Of a stretch of DNA of 58,807 bases, positions 29,497 to 38,044 are shown piece by piece; within the stretch, counting starts at the first letter, position 1; every line of letters starts with the position of its first letter. The notes under the pieces are model-generated. The model saw only the letters and a program-made list of their open reading frames with translations, did not search any database and was not told where the DNA came from. Location: positions 1 through 58,807 of the IMG/VR virus record IMGVR_UViG_3300017540_000003; one strand, 5' to 3'. The translations under genes were made by a program, and so were the position numbers. The stretch comes from a virus. Its lineage: Duplodnaviria; Caudoviricetes.

Positions 29497-30141
29497 TCAC
29501 TTCTCCTCCTTCCTGCGACCTGAGCCGCCTTGGTAAATCCTGCCCCCGACCAGGCGTTTTCCTCCGTAGATGCCGAAGTCTTCCTTGTTCTTCAACCCGA
29601 ACTCAAGACACAGGGTTCGGATTGGGCATTCGGAACATAGCGCCTCAGCCTGAGAGGTCGATGGGAACGGTCTGCCGGTTTGCTCCTCCGGGTAACGCGG
29701 GTCATCAAACTCGATGTAATCCTCGGGATTGTTGAAGCACGGGCTGCGGTTGGACTCGAACCACTCGCTCATCGCCTCGTGTGCGGGTATCGCCTCCGGC
29801 TTGATTCCAAGAACGCGCTGTACGGCGGTCTTCTTGTCGTCGTACTTCGCCAAACCCGCCTCCAGAAGCGCGTCCACCTCGTCCTCCGCACGACGCGCTC
29901 GGTACATTCTAACGTACTCGTTATGCTTTGCCCGATACCCTGGAGATCGTCTGCGCTTGCGCTCTTTCTTGGCGTGAGCCGACTTGCCCTTTTCTGTTGA
30001 GTTGTACCTCTTGGCTGTTGCGGCAAGGCACGTTGCGCACCGGATTACCACCTTTCCCCGAATCTTGCGGGTTGCTGCGTTAGTTCCGACGATCTCGTGC
30101 CCGTGCTTGCATACGTCGCCAATCTGAACTGGCCTACTCAT
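29497..30141 (-). CDS. WhiB-family transcription factor with N-terminal extension
   Basis: C-terminal C...CSECPIRTLC...FGIYGG; N-terminal CKHGH...CATC. Confidence 0.8.
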   Translation of the reverse strand: MSRPVQIGDVCKHGHEIVGTNAATRKIRGKVVIRCATCLAATAKRYNSTEKGKSAHAKKERKRRRSPGYRAKHNEYVRMYRARRAEDEVDALLEAGLAKYDDKKTAVQRVLGIKPEAIPAHEAMSEWFESNRSPCFNNPEDYIEFDDPRYPEEQTGRPFPSTSQAEALCSECPIRTLCLEFGLKNKEDFGIYGGKRLVGGRIYQGGSGRRKEEK

Positions 30142-30482
30142 CTGCCTCGCGGTAGGGATTCCTGATGCACGGCTCGTCAAACGTCTCGTGCTCGAACACA
30201 TCTCGCTCCCCCGCATCGAACCCTTCGTCCCAAGCGGCAGACTTCACGGATCGCAGCCAGGTGTCGAACTCTTCACCAGATGCTTCGTGTCCGCTGGACG
30301 GGGTGCGCTTCCATGCGCTGTACTTCTGCCAGCCGTGACGCACATCCGCTTCGTCAATGTCAATCACTCTTCCCACTCCAATCCTGTGTAATCGTACTCT
30401 CCCCGCGGAGGCCTGGGCGTCACCATCCGCCGCACCTCATCCGCCAGAGCATCCAGCCGTGCCTCGTAACTCGCGTCAGTCA

Positions 30483-31280
30483 TCATCCGGCGACCCGATT
30501 GTCCTGCGACTCTGCACCCTGATGATACTCCCTCGCTTGAATCCACAAGTCTTTCAGGATCGCCTTCGCCACGGCGCGCACCGCCCGATTGTGCTGGTGG
30601 GCAAGCGTCAATGGCTCTCCTTCGCCAGTGGTTGCGTCCATGTACTTCAGTCGCGCATCGTCGTAGATAGCGCGGTACGGGCCACCGTTCTTGATGATCG
30701 GCTGCACGATGTTCCAGGCGCGCATCTTGGCGTCACTCGACCAATTTGCCTGCTGACCCTTGCGACGCCGCTGACCTTCGCCGTTAACGACCGAGTACCC
30801 GCAATACGCCCACAGCTCGGAAACGGTACGGGGACGCGACTCGACAAGGACATGCTCAGTGCCCTGCTTCTCGTGAATCTCCGCCCAGTACGGGTCTTTC
30901 ACCGCAGCAAGAAGGCGAGCAACCGTCTTCAAGCCAAGACCCTTCTGCTGCTTGACCCACGACCCGAGGGGGTGCGCCTTCATGCGCTTCTCCAGTTGCG
31001 AGGTAATCGACTTCTCAAGTGCTTTCAGACTGTCCATGAGCGTCTGAGTGGCAACAACTGCAGGATCGGAGTCTGGCAGAGCGAGTCCTCGGACAACGCC
31101 ATCCTCATCGGCGGCGATACGGGTCATAGCGCCCAGTCGGTTGCCGGTTGCCTTCCGAAGTCGCTCTACGTCGTCCAACTGTTGAGCAAGAATCTCCAAC
31201 AGCGGGTCGTAAAGAAGGGGGCCTCGCGGGGCTTCCATGGGTTTCGTAGCTTCTCGGGCGAGGCTGGTCTTGGTGGGCAT
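30483..31280 (-). CDS. TasA-like Nop/IS110-Tnp-domain protein with no recognisable nuclease domain
   Basis: Coiled coil, then KGLGLKTVARLLA, SELWAYCG, RRRKGQQANWS, YRAIYD, HNRAVRAVAKAILKDLW; no DEDD RuvC domain; adjacent dual-spacer array; AAAGGAG RBS. Confidence 0.8.
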   Translation of the reverse strand: MPTKTSLAREATKPMEAPRGPLLYDPLLEILAQQLDDVERLRKATGNRLGAMTRIAADEDGVVRGLALPDSDPAVVATQTLMDSLKALEKSITSQLEKRMKAHPLGSWVKQQKGLGLKTVARLLAAVKDPYWAEIHEKQGTEHVLVESRPRTVSELWAYCGYSVVNGEGQRRRKGQQANWSSDAKMRAWNIVQPIIKNGGPYRAIYDDARLKYMDATTGEGEPLTLAHQHNRAVRAVAKAILKDLWIQAREYHQGAESQDNRVAG

Positions 31281-31508
31281 TTCTGCTCCTTTCGTTTAGC
31301 GCAGTCGCGTCGGTCATGGTTTCCGGTATTATGGTGGACTGCGGAAGTTTATCCCCGCCTGCTGGATGCTTGGTTTTGAGAATCTGCTAAGAGACGGGGT
31401 GCCGGGGCGAATGTTGAACGGGTTGCGACTTGACGATAGCCCCTGGCGAGTTTTGAATTATAGTGCCGGACGAACACACTCTGGTTTTCGCGGCTGCCAA
31501 GGCCCGGC
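31221..31508 (-). ncRNA. TIGR-like stem-loop array, five units (31465-31508, 31401-31447, 31353-31399, 31300-31343, 31221-31264)
   Basis: Each unit is stem-NNN-9nt-CG-4nt-CCA-9nt-CG-stem with different spacers and stems; the 31353 unit is degenerate. Confidence 0.85.
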
Positions 31509-31516
31509 AAATCTGT

Positions 31517-32080
31517 TCACTCCAGGTGCAAAAGAATCTCCTGGACACGCTTGATGTCAAGATCGCCAACGCGAGCAACCTTCTGCGCCGCAATCTCCCG
31601 CTGGAGCGCCTTGAACTCGTCAGCAACTCTCTGGTTGGCCTTGGCCTGATTCTCGCGAACCTGAATCACAATGTCAAGCATCGGAACCGTCAGGTCTCCC
31701 AGGCGAACGTCACCGAAGTCGCCAGCGTTCACCACACGACCGAAGTAATACTCTTCCATGCGACGCCGCGCCGCGCCGAACTTCTCATTGCGAAGCGACG
31801 GGCGGAAATCGTCGTCAAGGAACACCTGCGGCTCCGGCTGTGCGTCACCCGCCTTGTACTCCAGGTCGGCACGCTTCAGCGCCTCTGTCCCGGCGCGGCG
31901 GTCAATGTTGAACGTGGTCGGAATCTGCTTCAGCACCAGGTCGAACAGCACATCCCGATACTGCTCCTCGGGAATCTGCTCCACCACCTCGCGCGCCACC
32001 TCGTTCCGGTCGAACACCTCACGACTATTGATCGCATTGCGGATCGCGCGCGACACGGAAAACAGATCAGTTGCAATCAT
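31517..32080 (-). CDS. Hypothetical protein embedded in the TIGR-like locus
   Basis: 187 aa, AAGGAGG RBS, flanked by guide units on both sides. Confidence 0.75.
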   Translation of the reverse strand: MIATDLFSVSRAIRNAINSREVFDRNEVAREVVEQIPEEQYRDVLFDLVLKQIPTTFNIDRRAGTEALKRADLEYKAGDAQPEPQVFLDDDFRPSLRNEKFGAARRRMEEYYFGRVVNAGDFGDVRLGDLTVPMLDIVIQVRENQAKANQRVADEFKALQREIAAQKVARVGDLDIKRVQEILLHLE

Positions 32081-32099
32081 TCATTTCCTCCTTAGATTG

Positions 32100-32155
32100 T
32101 TGCCGGTCGGGCGAAAGTCGAGTGGGTGTCGGTACCTACATTGCCCTTCCGGTAA
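32100..32155 (-). ncRNA. Solitary TIGR-like unit at the transcript 5' end
   Basis: TTACCGGAAGGG-CAA-TGTAGGTAC-CG-ACAC-CCA-CTCGACTTT-CG-CCCGACCGGCAA. Confidence 0.75.
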
Positions 32156-32159
32156 GTCA

Positions 32160-32188
32160 ATTCCAGCAGATCGTAAGCCCTTTGTCAA
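32160..32188 (-). promoter_or_regulatory. SigA-type promoter of the TIGR-Tas-like operon
   Basis: TTGACA-N17-TGGAAT. Confidence 0.7.
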
Positions 32189-32614
32189 GAGTCGCCAAGA
32201 TGGATCGCTGGAAAAGTTTTTCAGTTGCCAAAGAACCCAATTGTAAAGAACACGGGAACCGCGCTCACCCAGCACGCCACGCTGATACAGAATGCGGCTG
32301 ATGCGATCCAGCGGTTATCACGGTACAGCATCAGCGTCAAAGATGCAAGCGCCCCACCTGTAACCAGCGCGATAAACGTGAACAGTGCGTGCAGCCAGCT
32401 CATGCTGACCTCTCCGGCAGATTCTCCTTCAGCCAATCGCGCCACTCTGTCCACGCCGCAATCGACCACTCCGCGTACTCAAGGTCCGCGTTCTCCGATT
32501 CGGGGGCAACGGTGCCATCCTCATTCAGAACGCACTCGAAAACCCAGCCGTTCACCTTGTAGTAACGCACAGCACCCCCCTCTAGAAGTGGGTACTCACG
32601 ATACAGTTCTACGG

Positions 32615-33130
32615 TCATTGCTCCTCCTTCTTTCCCCAGCTCATCTGTTCCACTCGGCGCATCTCGGTTAGGATCGCTTGCGCATGTACATTATCCGGCT
32701 CGGCCTCCAGGAAGTCAAGCACCTTCACACCTACGGTCGGCCCCATCATGACGATATACTCGCCATCCTCTTCCCAGTGCGTGATGATCGACCCGTTTAC
32801 CAGGCCGTCGGGGAGGTTGTCGTCCTTGCGAAAGCGAATGTGGAAGTAAGTAAAGAAAGTCTGGACACGCTGCCAAACACTGCGATGTTCGTAACTTCTC
32901 AGTTGTGCGGCAAGAGAACCCTTACGGGCGTAGAAGGCATTCTCGAACCCGAACTTCAGTCCATCCACAAATCGCTTCAATGGCGCGTTGTATCCCGTAT
33001 GGTCGCTTTTGTAGCGGATGTGCTCCAGGTCACCCTTGTCACGCGAGTATGTCCAGCCCTCCACGTTGCGCTGGAACTTCGTGGCAACAAACCGCACCCA
33101 CTTGAGCATCGCCTTGTCGGACTCGTTCAC
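32615..33130 (-). CDS. Hypothetical protein
   Basis: GTGA-coupled to the helicase, GGAGG RBS. Confidence 0.6.
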   Translation of the reverse strand: MNESDKAMLKWVRFVATKFQRNVEGWTYSRDKGDLEHIRYKSDHTGYNAPLKRFVDGLKFGFENAFYARKGSLAAQLRSYEHRSVWQRVQTFFTYFHIRFRKDDNLPDGLVNGSIITHWEEDGEYIVMMGPTVGVKVLDFLEAEPDNVHAQAILTEMRRVEQMSWGKKEEQ

Positions 33131-34566
33131 GCCGCAACCTCCTTCCTGTTCGACTCGTTCAACTTCAGGCGAGCCTCTAGTTCCTTGCTCAATCTTCCCT
33201 CATCGCGCCCCTCACTGTCAAGCAGCAAGAACCGCTGCACCTGGCCCAGAGCGCCCAAACGATCCAGCCGGGACTCGGCCTGAATATTCGTCGTGTTATC
33301 CAGGTCGCGGTCAAGCCAGATTTCAGTCGAACAAACCTTCGAGAAACCCCCGACGCCAGTTCCGCCAGCCGCCAGAACCACAACGGCCACCTGAAACTCT
33401 CCAGACTGGAAACGCCGCATAAGATCATCCCGCTCGCGCTGGCTCACCTTCCCGCTCCACTCGAACGCCGAAAAGCCCTCTGCATTGAACCGAGCCGCTG
33501 CAACCCGCGCAAACCGCTGACTCGACGTAAACACCACAACCGGGTCACCATCCATCTCCCCGACGATTTCCAGGGCGCGGTCGAGCTTCGGACTCTTGCA
33601 GTCCTCCGCAAACTCAACGCTCACGTCCCCATCCTCGGTCGGCACAAGCGTCGGCACCCCGAGCGTCACCTGCCGGATGCGCAACTGCGTTGTGACCGGG
33701 AGTTCTGCAATCAGCGGGTTCTCGTCCAGCCACGCAAGGCTCTGCTTCTCCAGGTCGCGGATGACGCGCTTCTGCTCGGGGAGCAAGTCGATACGCTCCT
33801 TGATAACCTGCGGCTCGTCAGCGGCGAGGAACCCGTTCGGGTGAAACTCGCAACACTTCTTGCGCCGGAAGTGCTGAATGTACACCGGCATCTCACTCAC
33901 CAAAAGACCCGGAACTTTTTCGTCCTGGTAATCTTTGCCGTTATTTGCGAAGTGCGAGTATACGGAGGTCATGCGGTAGTCCTTCCACCTGTACTCGCTC
34001 CGGTCGGCAATCTCCCCGTAGCCGTCGCGCTCCGGCCACAGCCACCGCATCAACGTCCACCAGTTCCCGAACTTGTTGCGAACGGGCGTGCCGCTCATGC
34101 CGATCCTGTAGCGCGCTTGCAGGCCAGGCTTGCCCCGGAAGCCAAGTAGCGCACGCCGGGACTTGCGGCCCTGAAGCAAAAGGTGGCACTCGTCCAGCAC
34201 GGCCATGTCAATGCTCGTGAACCCAGACCAGTCAGTCCTCGTAAAAAGCTGCGGGGTAATGAGGTACACGCCAGGCACCCCGAACTCAAGATCGGAGAAT
34301 GCCTCGCGCCCAGACTTTGTGCCGTTGTTCAGGAAGCGAACCTGTTGTCCCAGGATTTCCCGAACGTGCCACTCGTACCCGTCGCCATCACCCCGATGGG
34401 TTCCCTGCGGAGCGACAACAAGCGACACCTCTGCCCCCGAGCGCTGAATAGCGAAGCACGCAGCAGCGGTCTTACCGGAGCCGGGGTCGAGAGCAAGTGC
34501 CCCCACAAATCCTCCGGCCTCCAGTGCATCAGTGTCAGCCAGTTGCCAATCGAAAGGCGTCAGCAA
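33127..34566 (-). CDS. Superfamily 2 (SNF2-like) helicase
   Basis: DPGSGKT, LDECH, MSGTP, SPKL, QAESRLDRLG. Confidence 0.9.
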   Translation of the reverse strand: MLTPFDWQLADTDALEAGGFVGALALDPGSGKTAAACFAIQRSGAEVSLVVAPQGTHRGDGDGYEWHVREILGQQVRFLNNGTKSGREAFSDLEFGVPGVYLITPQLFTRTDWSGFTSIDMAVLDECHLLLQGRKSRRALLGFRGKPGLQARYRIGMSGTPVRNKFGNWWTLMRWLWPERDGYGEIADRSEYRWKDYRMTSVYSHFANNGKDYQDEKVPGLLVSEMPVYIQHFRRKKCCEFHPNGFLAADEPQVIKERIDLLPEQKRVIRDLEKQSLAWLDENPLIAELPVTTQLRIRQVTLGVPTLVPTEDGDVSVEFAEDCKSPKLDRALEIVGEMDGDPVVVFTSSQRFARVAAARFNAEGFSAFEWSGKVSQRERDDLMRRFQSGEFQVAVVVLAAGGTGVGGFSKVCSTEIWLDRDLDNTTNIQAESRLDRLGALGQVQRFLLLDSEGRDEGRLSKELEARLKLNESNRKEVAA

Positions 34567-35061
34567 ACGTCGTACACCCCGGTCTTGTAGTGGCGGGGGC
34601 CGTAGGCGTCCACGAGGTCGTCCAGTGCGCTCATGGACGGGAACATGCGCTCGAATGCTGCGCGGTAGTCGTACTCGTCGTCATGCTCCTGGTGGTACTC
34701 GCAGGTGTACATCGCGTCATCAGCCCCGTCGCACATGCAGTTGGTGGCGCTGCTTCCGTCAGTAACTTGCATCGTGGTATCCATCATCATTTCCTTCTTT
34801 CCACTTCTCAAATCCATACTTGTGCAGAATGCTCAGGGCCTCCGATGTCGGCTCTGGAATATCACCGTGAACATAGATGCCCTGTGCGCGAAATATATCC
34901 CGCAGGATATTCTTTTCACTTTTCACAGCGCTCGCACCTCGTACTCACTACCCAGGCGCTCTGCAATGATATTGGCATCCTCGGGGGTGATGGTGGCAAC
35001 CCACGGGATCGCACCGCCCTTGAAAAACACCCCGTACTCGAAGTGCCCGCTTGCGCTGTAG

Positions 35062-35424
35062 TCAGTCACCGTAACGCACCACCTCTCCGATCTTCTCCCA
35101 CTTCACCGTCGGGCGGCGAACAAGGAAGTGCCCCTCGTCAACCGCGCGATTCGGGTCATCTCCGAAGTGCTTCGTCACCTCGATAACACCGTCACCATAG
35201 TCAACGGCCTCCGCGTACTCGTACCCCTCGCTCATCGCCTCCAGCGCTGCATGAATCTCAGCCCGGTATGCAAGCCGGGTGATCCCCTTGTCCCGCTTGC
35301 TCAGCGGCTCTCCGGGGCCAAAAGCGAACTCGTGGAACGCCTCCTGTGCAGCCTCGATTGCGTCGTCGGGGATTGATTCGATAGCCACGCTAGCGCGGGC
35401 TTGCTCGCGCATATCGATGGTCAC
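35062..35424 (-). CDS. Hypothetical protein
   Basis: GGAGGAG RBS, coupled ORF. Confidence 0.55.
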   Translation of the reverse strand: MTIDMREQARASVAIESIPDDAIEAAQEAFHEFAFGPGEPLSKRDKGITRLAYRAEIHAALEAMSEGYEYAEAVDYGDGVIEVTKHFGDDPNRAVDEGHFLVRRPTVKWEKIGEVVRYGD

Positions 35425-35637
35425 GACTCCTCCTTCTTGATCCAGTCATTGAAGCCCACGGCTCGCTCGTCGCGAGATTCCTTACGTGCGGCTTCGAGTC
35501 CGTAGAGAATGGAACCCTCGATCATCTTCCGGTACCATTCGGTTGCAACATATCGCAACATGAAATTGCACGCCACTCGTGTCAGATTGTCCCGGAACTT
35601 TCCGAACGGTGACTTGTCGGGAAGTGGGTACTCGTAC

Positions 35638-35976
35638 TTACCCGCCACGCTTAATCGCCTCCTTCGTCTGCTCGTAGGAAAGCTCCTCCTCCATAAACGA
35701 GTACACCCAGTCCTGGGCGGATTCTGCGTCCTCAAAGGTGCGCACCCGCTCGAAGTCCAGAGCGCCCTCGCTGAGGTCAACCGGCACAAAGCCAGTGACC
35801 TCCACTTGCACATCGAACTCGCCGCCGCCGATGGGGATGACGGTGTAGTCGAAGCAGATGTACTCGTTGCCCTCGAACTCGATTCGCTCGGAACGTGGCG
35901 CGTCCGGCGCGTACTGCTCGCCATAGACATGCGCGTAGTCGCGGCTAGTCATGCCGGGAGGGTAGTTGCCTGCCAC
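35638..35976 (-). CDS. Hypothetical protein
   Basis: AAAGGAG RBS; first gene after the promoter at 36008-36037; NYPPGM motif. Confidence 0.6.
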   Translation of the reverse strand: MAGNYPPGMTSRDYAHVYGEQYAPDAPRSERIEFEGNEYICFDYTVIPIGGGEFDVQVEVTGFVPVDLSEGALDFERVRTFEDAESAQDWVYSFMEEELSYEQTKEAIKRGG

Positions 35977-36007
35977 AATAAACTCCTTTCAATCGCTTGC
36001 TGCCTAC

Positions 36008-36037
36008 AGACTAACGAAAGCGGGGCACTCATGTCAA
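36008..36037 (-). promoter_or_regulatory. SigA-type early promoter
   Basis: TTGACA-N18-TAGTCT. Confidence 0.65.
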
Positions 36038-36197
36038 GTACCCCGCCAAAGTTTTTTACGGACGCTCCACCAGCACCGGCTCATCCAGCCATGTCAGGTG
36101 ACACTCGCACACGCACCCGTCCCGTTTGCACCACTTGTGACTTTCGCCGTCGGACGAGGGGAACGCGCAATGCCCGGATTTGGTCATGGGGGTTGTG

Positions 36198-36572
36198 TCA
36201 CGAGCCATCGCTACCCCCAGTCACAGCCCGCACCGTCGCACACGGCCACGACTGCGAGCATTCGTCGCAATAGACTCCGCGCACCCGGTCGTGCCCGAAC
36301 TGGTCGGCGTCGATCCACGGCTCCTGGCGATGCAGGTCGAGGACTCGCAGGAGTGCGTCAGCCATCACGGGCACATCCTCACGAGCTGCCGTCTCCACAA
36401 AGTCGTATACGGCCCTGCCTCCGTCGAACTCAAACCCGTAGCGGACGTCCATCCCGTTCCCAGGCGCGCCGTCACCGATGAGCGCAACCTCAAGAACCTG
36501 CGTGTTGAAGGCTTCGGTTGCAGCGTCTGCTCGGGCCTTCGCAGCCACAATCAGCTCACGAGACAGGCTCAT
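36198..36572 (-). CDS. Hypothetical protein with a His/Cys zinc-binding motif
   Basis: LDLH...CDEC...WPCAT. Confidence 0.6.
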   Translation of the reverse strand: MSLSRELIVAAKARADAATEAFNTQVLEVALIGDGAPGNGMDVRYGFEFDGGRAVYDFVETAAREDVPVMADALLRVLDLHRQEPWIDADQFGHDRVRGVYCDECSQSWPCATVRAVTGGSDGS

Positions 36573-37286
36573 CGATGCACCTTCCGTCCATGTGCGAGCG
36601 CGGCATCACGCGCCGACTGCTCCACACCGCAGAAACCGAACGCTGGGTGCTTCTCGCAGTAGACGTGGAACTCCTGCTCCTGCCCAATGCCAGGCTGGTG
36701 AAACGGGCGCATGATGATGCCCGGTTCCAACTCCTGCACCTTCGGGTCGGACAGGGCGTCCGTGTAGGCGTTGCTCACTGCATTGCTCCTCTCAGCGCCG
36801 CATACACAGCACGGGCCTGCGGCATCCACCACTCCCACGACTCGCTACCGGGATCAGGGTTAGCGTTTCCGCCCTCCGGATCGCTCTCATCCGTCGCCTT
36901 CGCCATCGCCTCGATCACGGCGGGGTCAGGCTCCTCGGGGAGAGCAGCTTCCCAGCCCTCGGTAAACCCGACCACGAGCGCGGCGTAGTCGTCATCGTCC
37001 CTGTCGAACCGCTCCTCAGCGGCCTGCTGTGCCTTGCTCATCGCTCACACTCCTTCCGTCAGGGCGGCACGCATCATCCGCGCGACCTTGGACGCCTGAG
37101 CACCCGGCATCGTCACGAGGTACCCATAAGCGTCAATGACGCTCGCGGCCAACAGCAGGTCATCCCGCGTCAGTGACTCCATCGGGGCATAGCGGAGCCG
37201 GTGACCAATCCCGTACTCCTGATCGGATTCCAGGGCGGGACGCGGCCAGGTCGATCCGTCTGAGAGTTCCACTCGGAGGGCGTTCA

Positions 37287-37712
37287 TCACTCGACTCCCT
37301 TCCTGATCGCCTGGGCGATACGCATGGCGTGCCACACGCCGTATCCCTCCTCGATTCCTGGGTTGCTCTCCGCGATCCCCGCGTCGGCTTCGGCCTGATC
37401 CAGACGACCCCGGATGTAGGCGGCACGCTCCCACTCGGCTCCCTTCTGTCGGTTGCGGTACGTCACGAGACTAGCACCCGCGACCAGCAGAAGCAAGCCC
37501 CCGCCTGCAAAAAGCCAGGCATTGTCATTCACGCCCGTTTCGGCCAGCTCGAAAGGTCGGGACGTGCTCGACGTAGCGGTAATGCTCTCTGAGTTGACCG
37601 TGTACGGGGTAGCCGAGTCGCTGCCGCCCGCATGAGCCGCTACGGGGGCCAGAACCAGCGCGCAGGAAACCAGCGCCGTAAACGTTGCACGGGCAAGAAT
37701 CGTGCGCTTCAT
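37287..37712 (-). CDS. Small secreted protein with LAETG sortase signal
   Basis: Signal peptide ending AHA, LAETG, TM helix, RNRQK. Confidence 0.7.
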   Translation of the reverse strand: MKRTILARATFTALVSCALVLAPVAAHAGGSDSATPYTVNSESITATSSTSRPFELAETGVNDNAWLFAGGGLLLLVAGASLVTYRNRQKGAEWERAAYIRGRLDQAEADAGIAESNPGIEEGYGVWHAMRIAQAIRKGVE

Positions 37713-38044
37713 ACCAACTCCCACTCGGGGTCGTTGAGCACACTCGGATTGGGAACATCATGTGTTGACCCATCCGCCGAAATCGAAAGCCACCGTCCGT
37801 TGGAATCGTGGACATTTACCACGAACATATATCGGACACTCAGGTCATCGCGATCCTTGCGGCGCAGCACGTCCCCGTTTCGGAACGTACGCACCTCGCG
37901 GTAGTCCCACTCGTTGGGGTTGAATGCGTTGGTGTAAATGGTTCCGTCGAATCGAATCTCGATTACGTCAAAAGCCGTCGATACCAGCTCCACCCCCGGC
38001 AACGACTGCCCGGTCTTCTTGTTGGTGAGAATGACTCGTGTCAC
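37709..38044 (-). CDS. Hypothetical protein
   Basis: GGAGG RBS, coupled ORF. Confidence 0.55.
   Translation of the reverse strand: MTRVILTNKKTGQSLPGVELVSTAFDVIEIRFDGTIYTNAFNPNEWDYREVRTFRNGDVLRRKDRDDLSVRYMFVVNVHDSNGRWLSISADGSTHDVPNPSVLNDPEWELV

Noticed and set aside
30482-30526. Possible seventh guide unit at the 3' end of the Tas-like gene (TCATC...CG-CAGG-ACA...GATGA)
   Set aside because: The motifs are degenerate and the spacing is off by one; not supportable without homologues.
30483-31280. IS110-family insertion sequence/transposase
   Set aside because: No N-terminal DEDD RuvC domain and no recognisable element ends; the gene is embedded in a phage operon with multiple dual-spacer units, so TIGR-Tas-like fits better.
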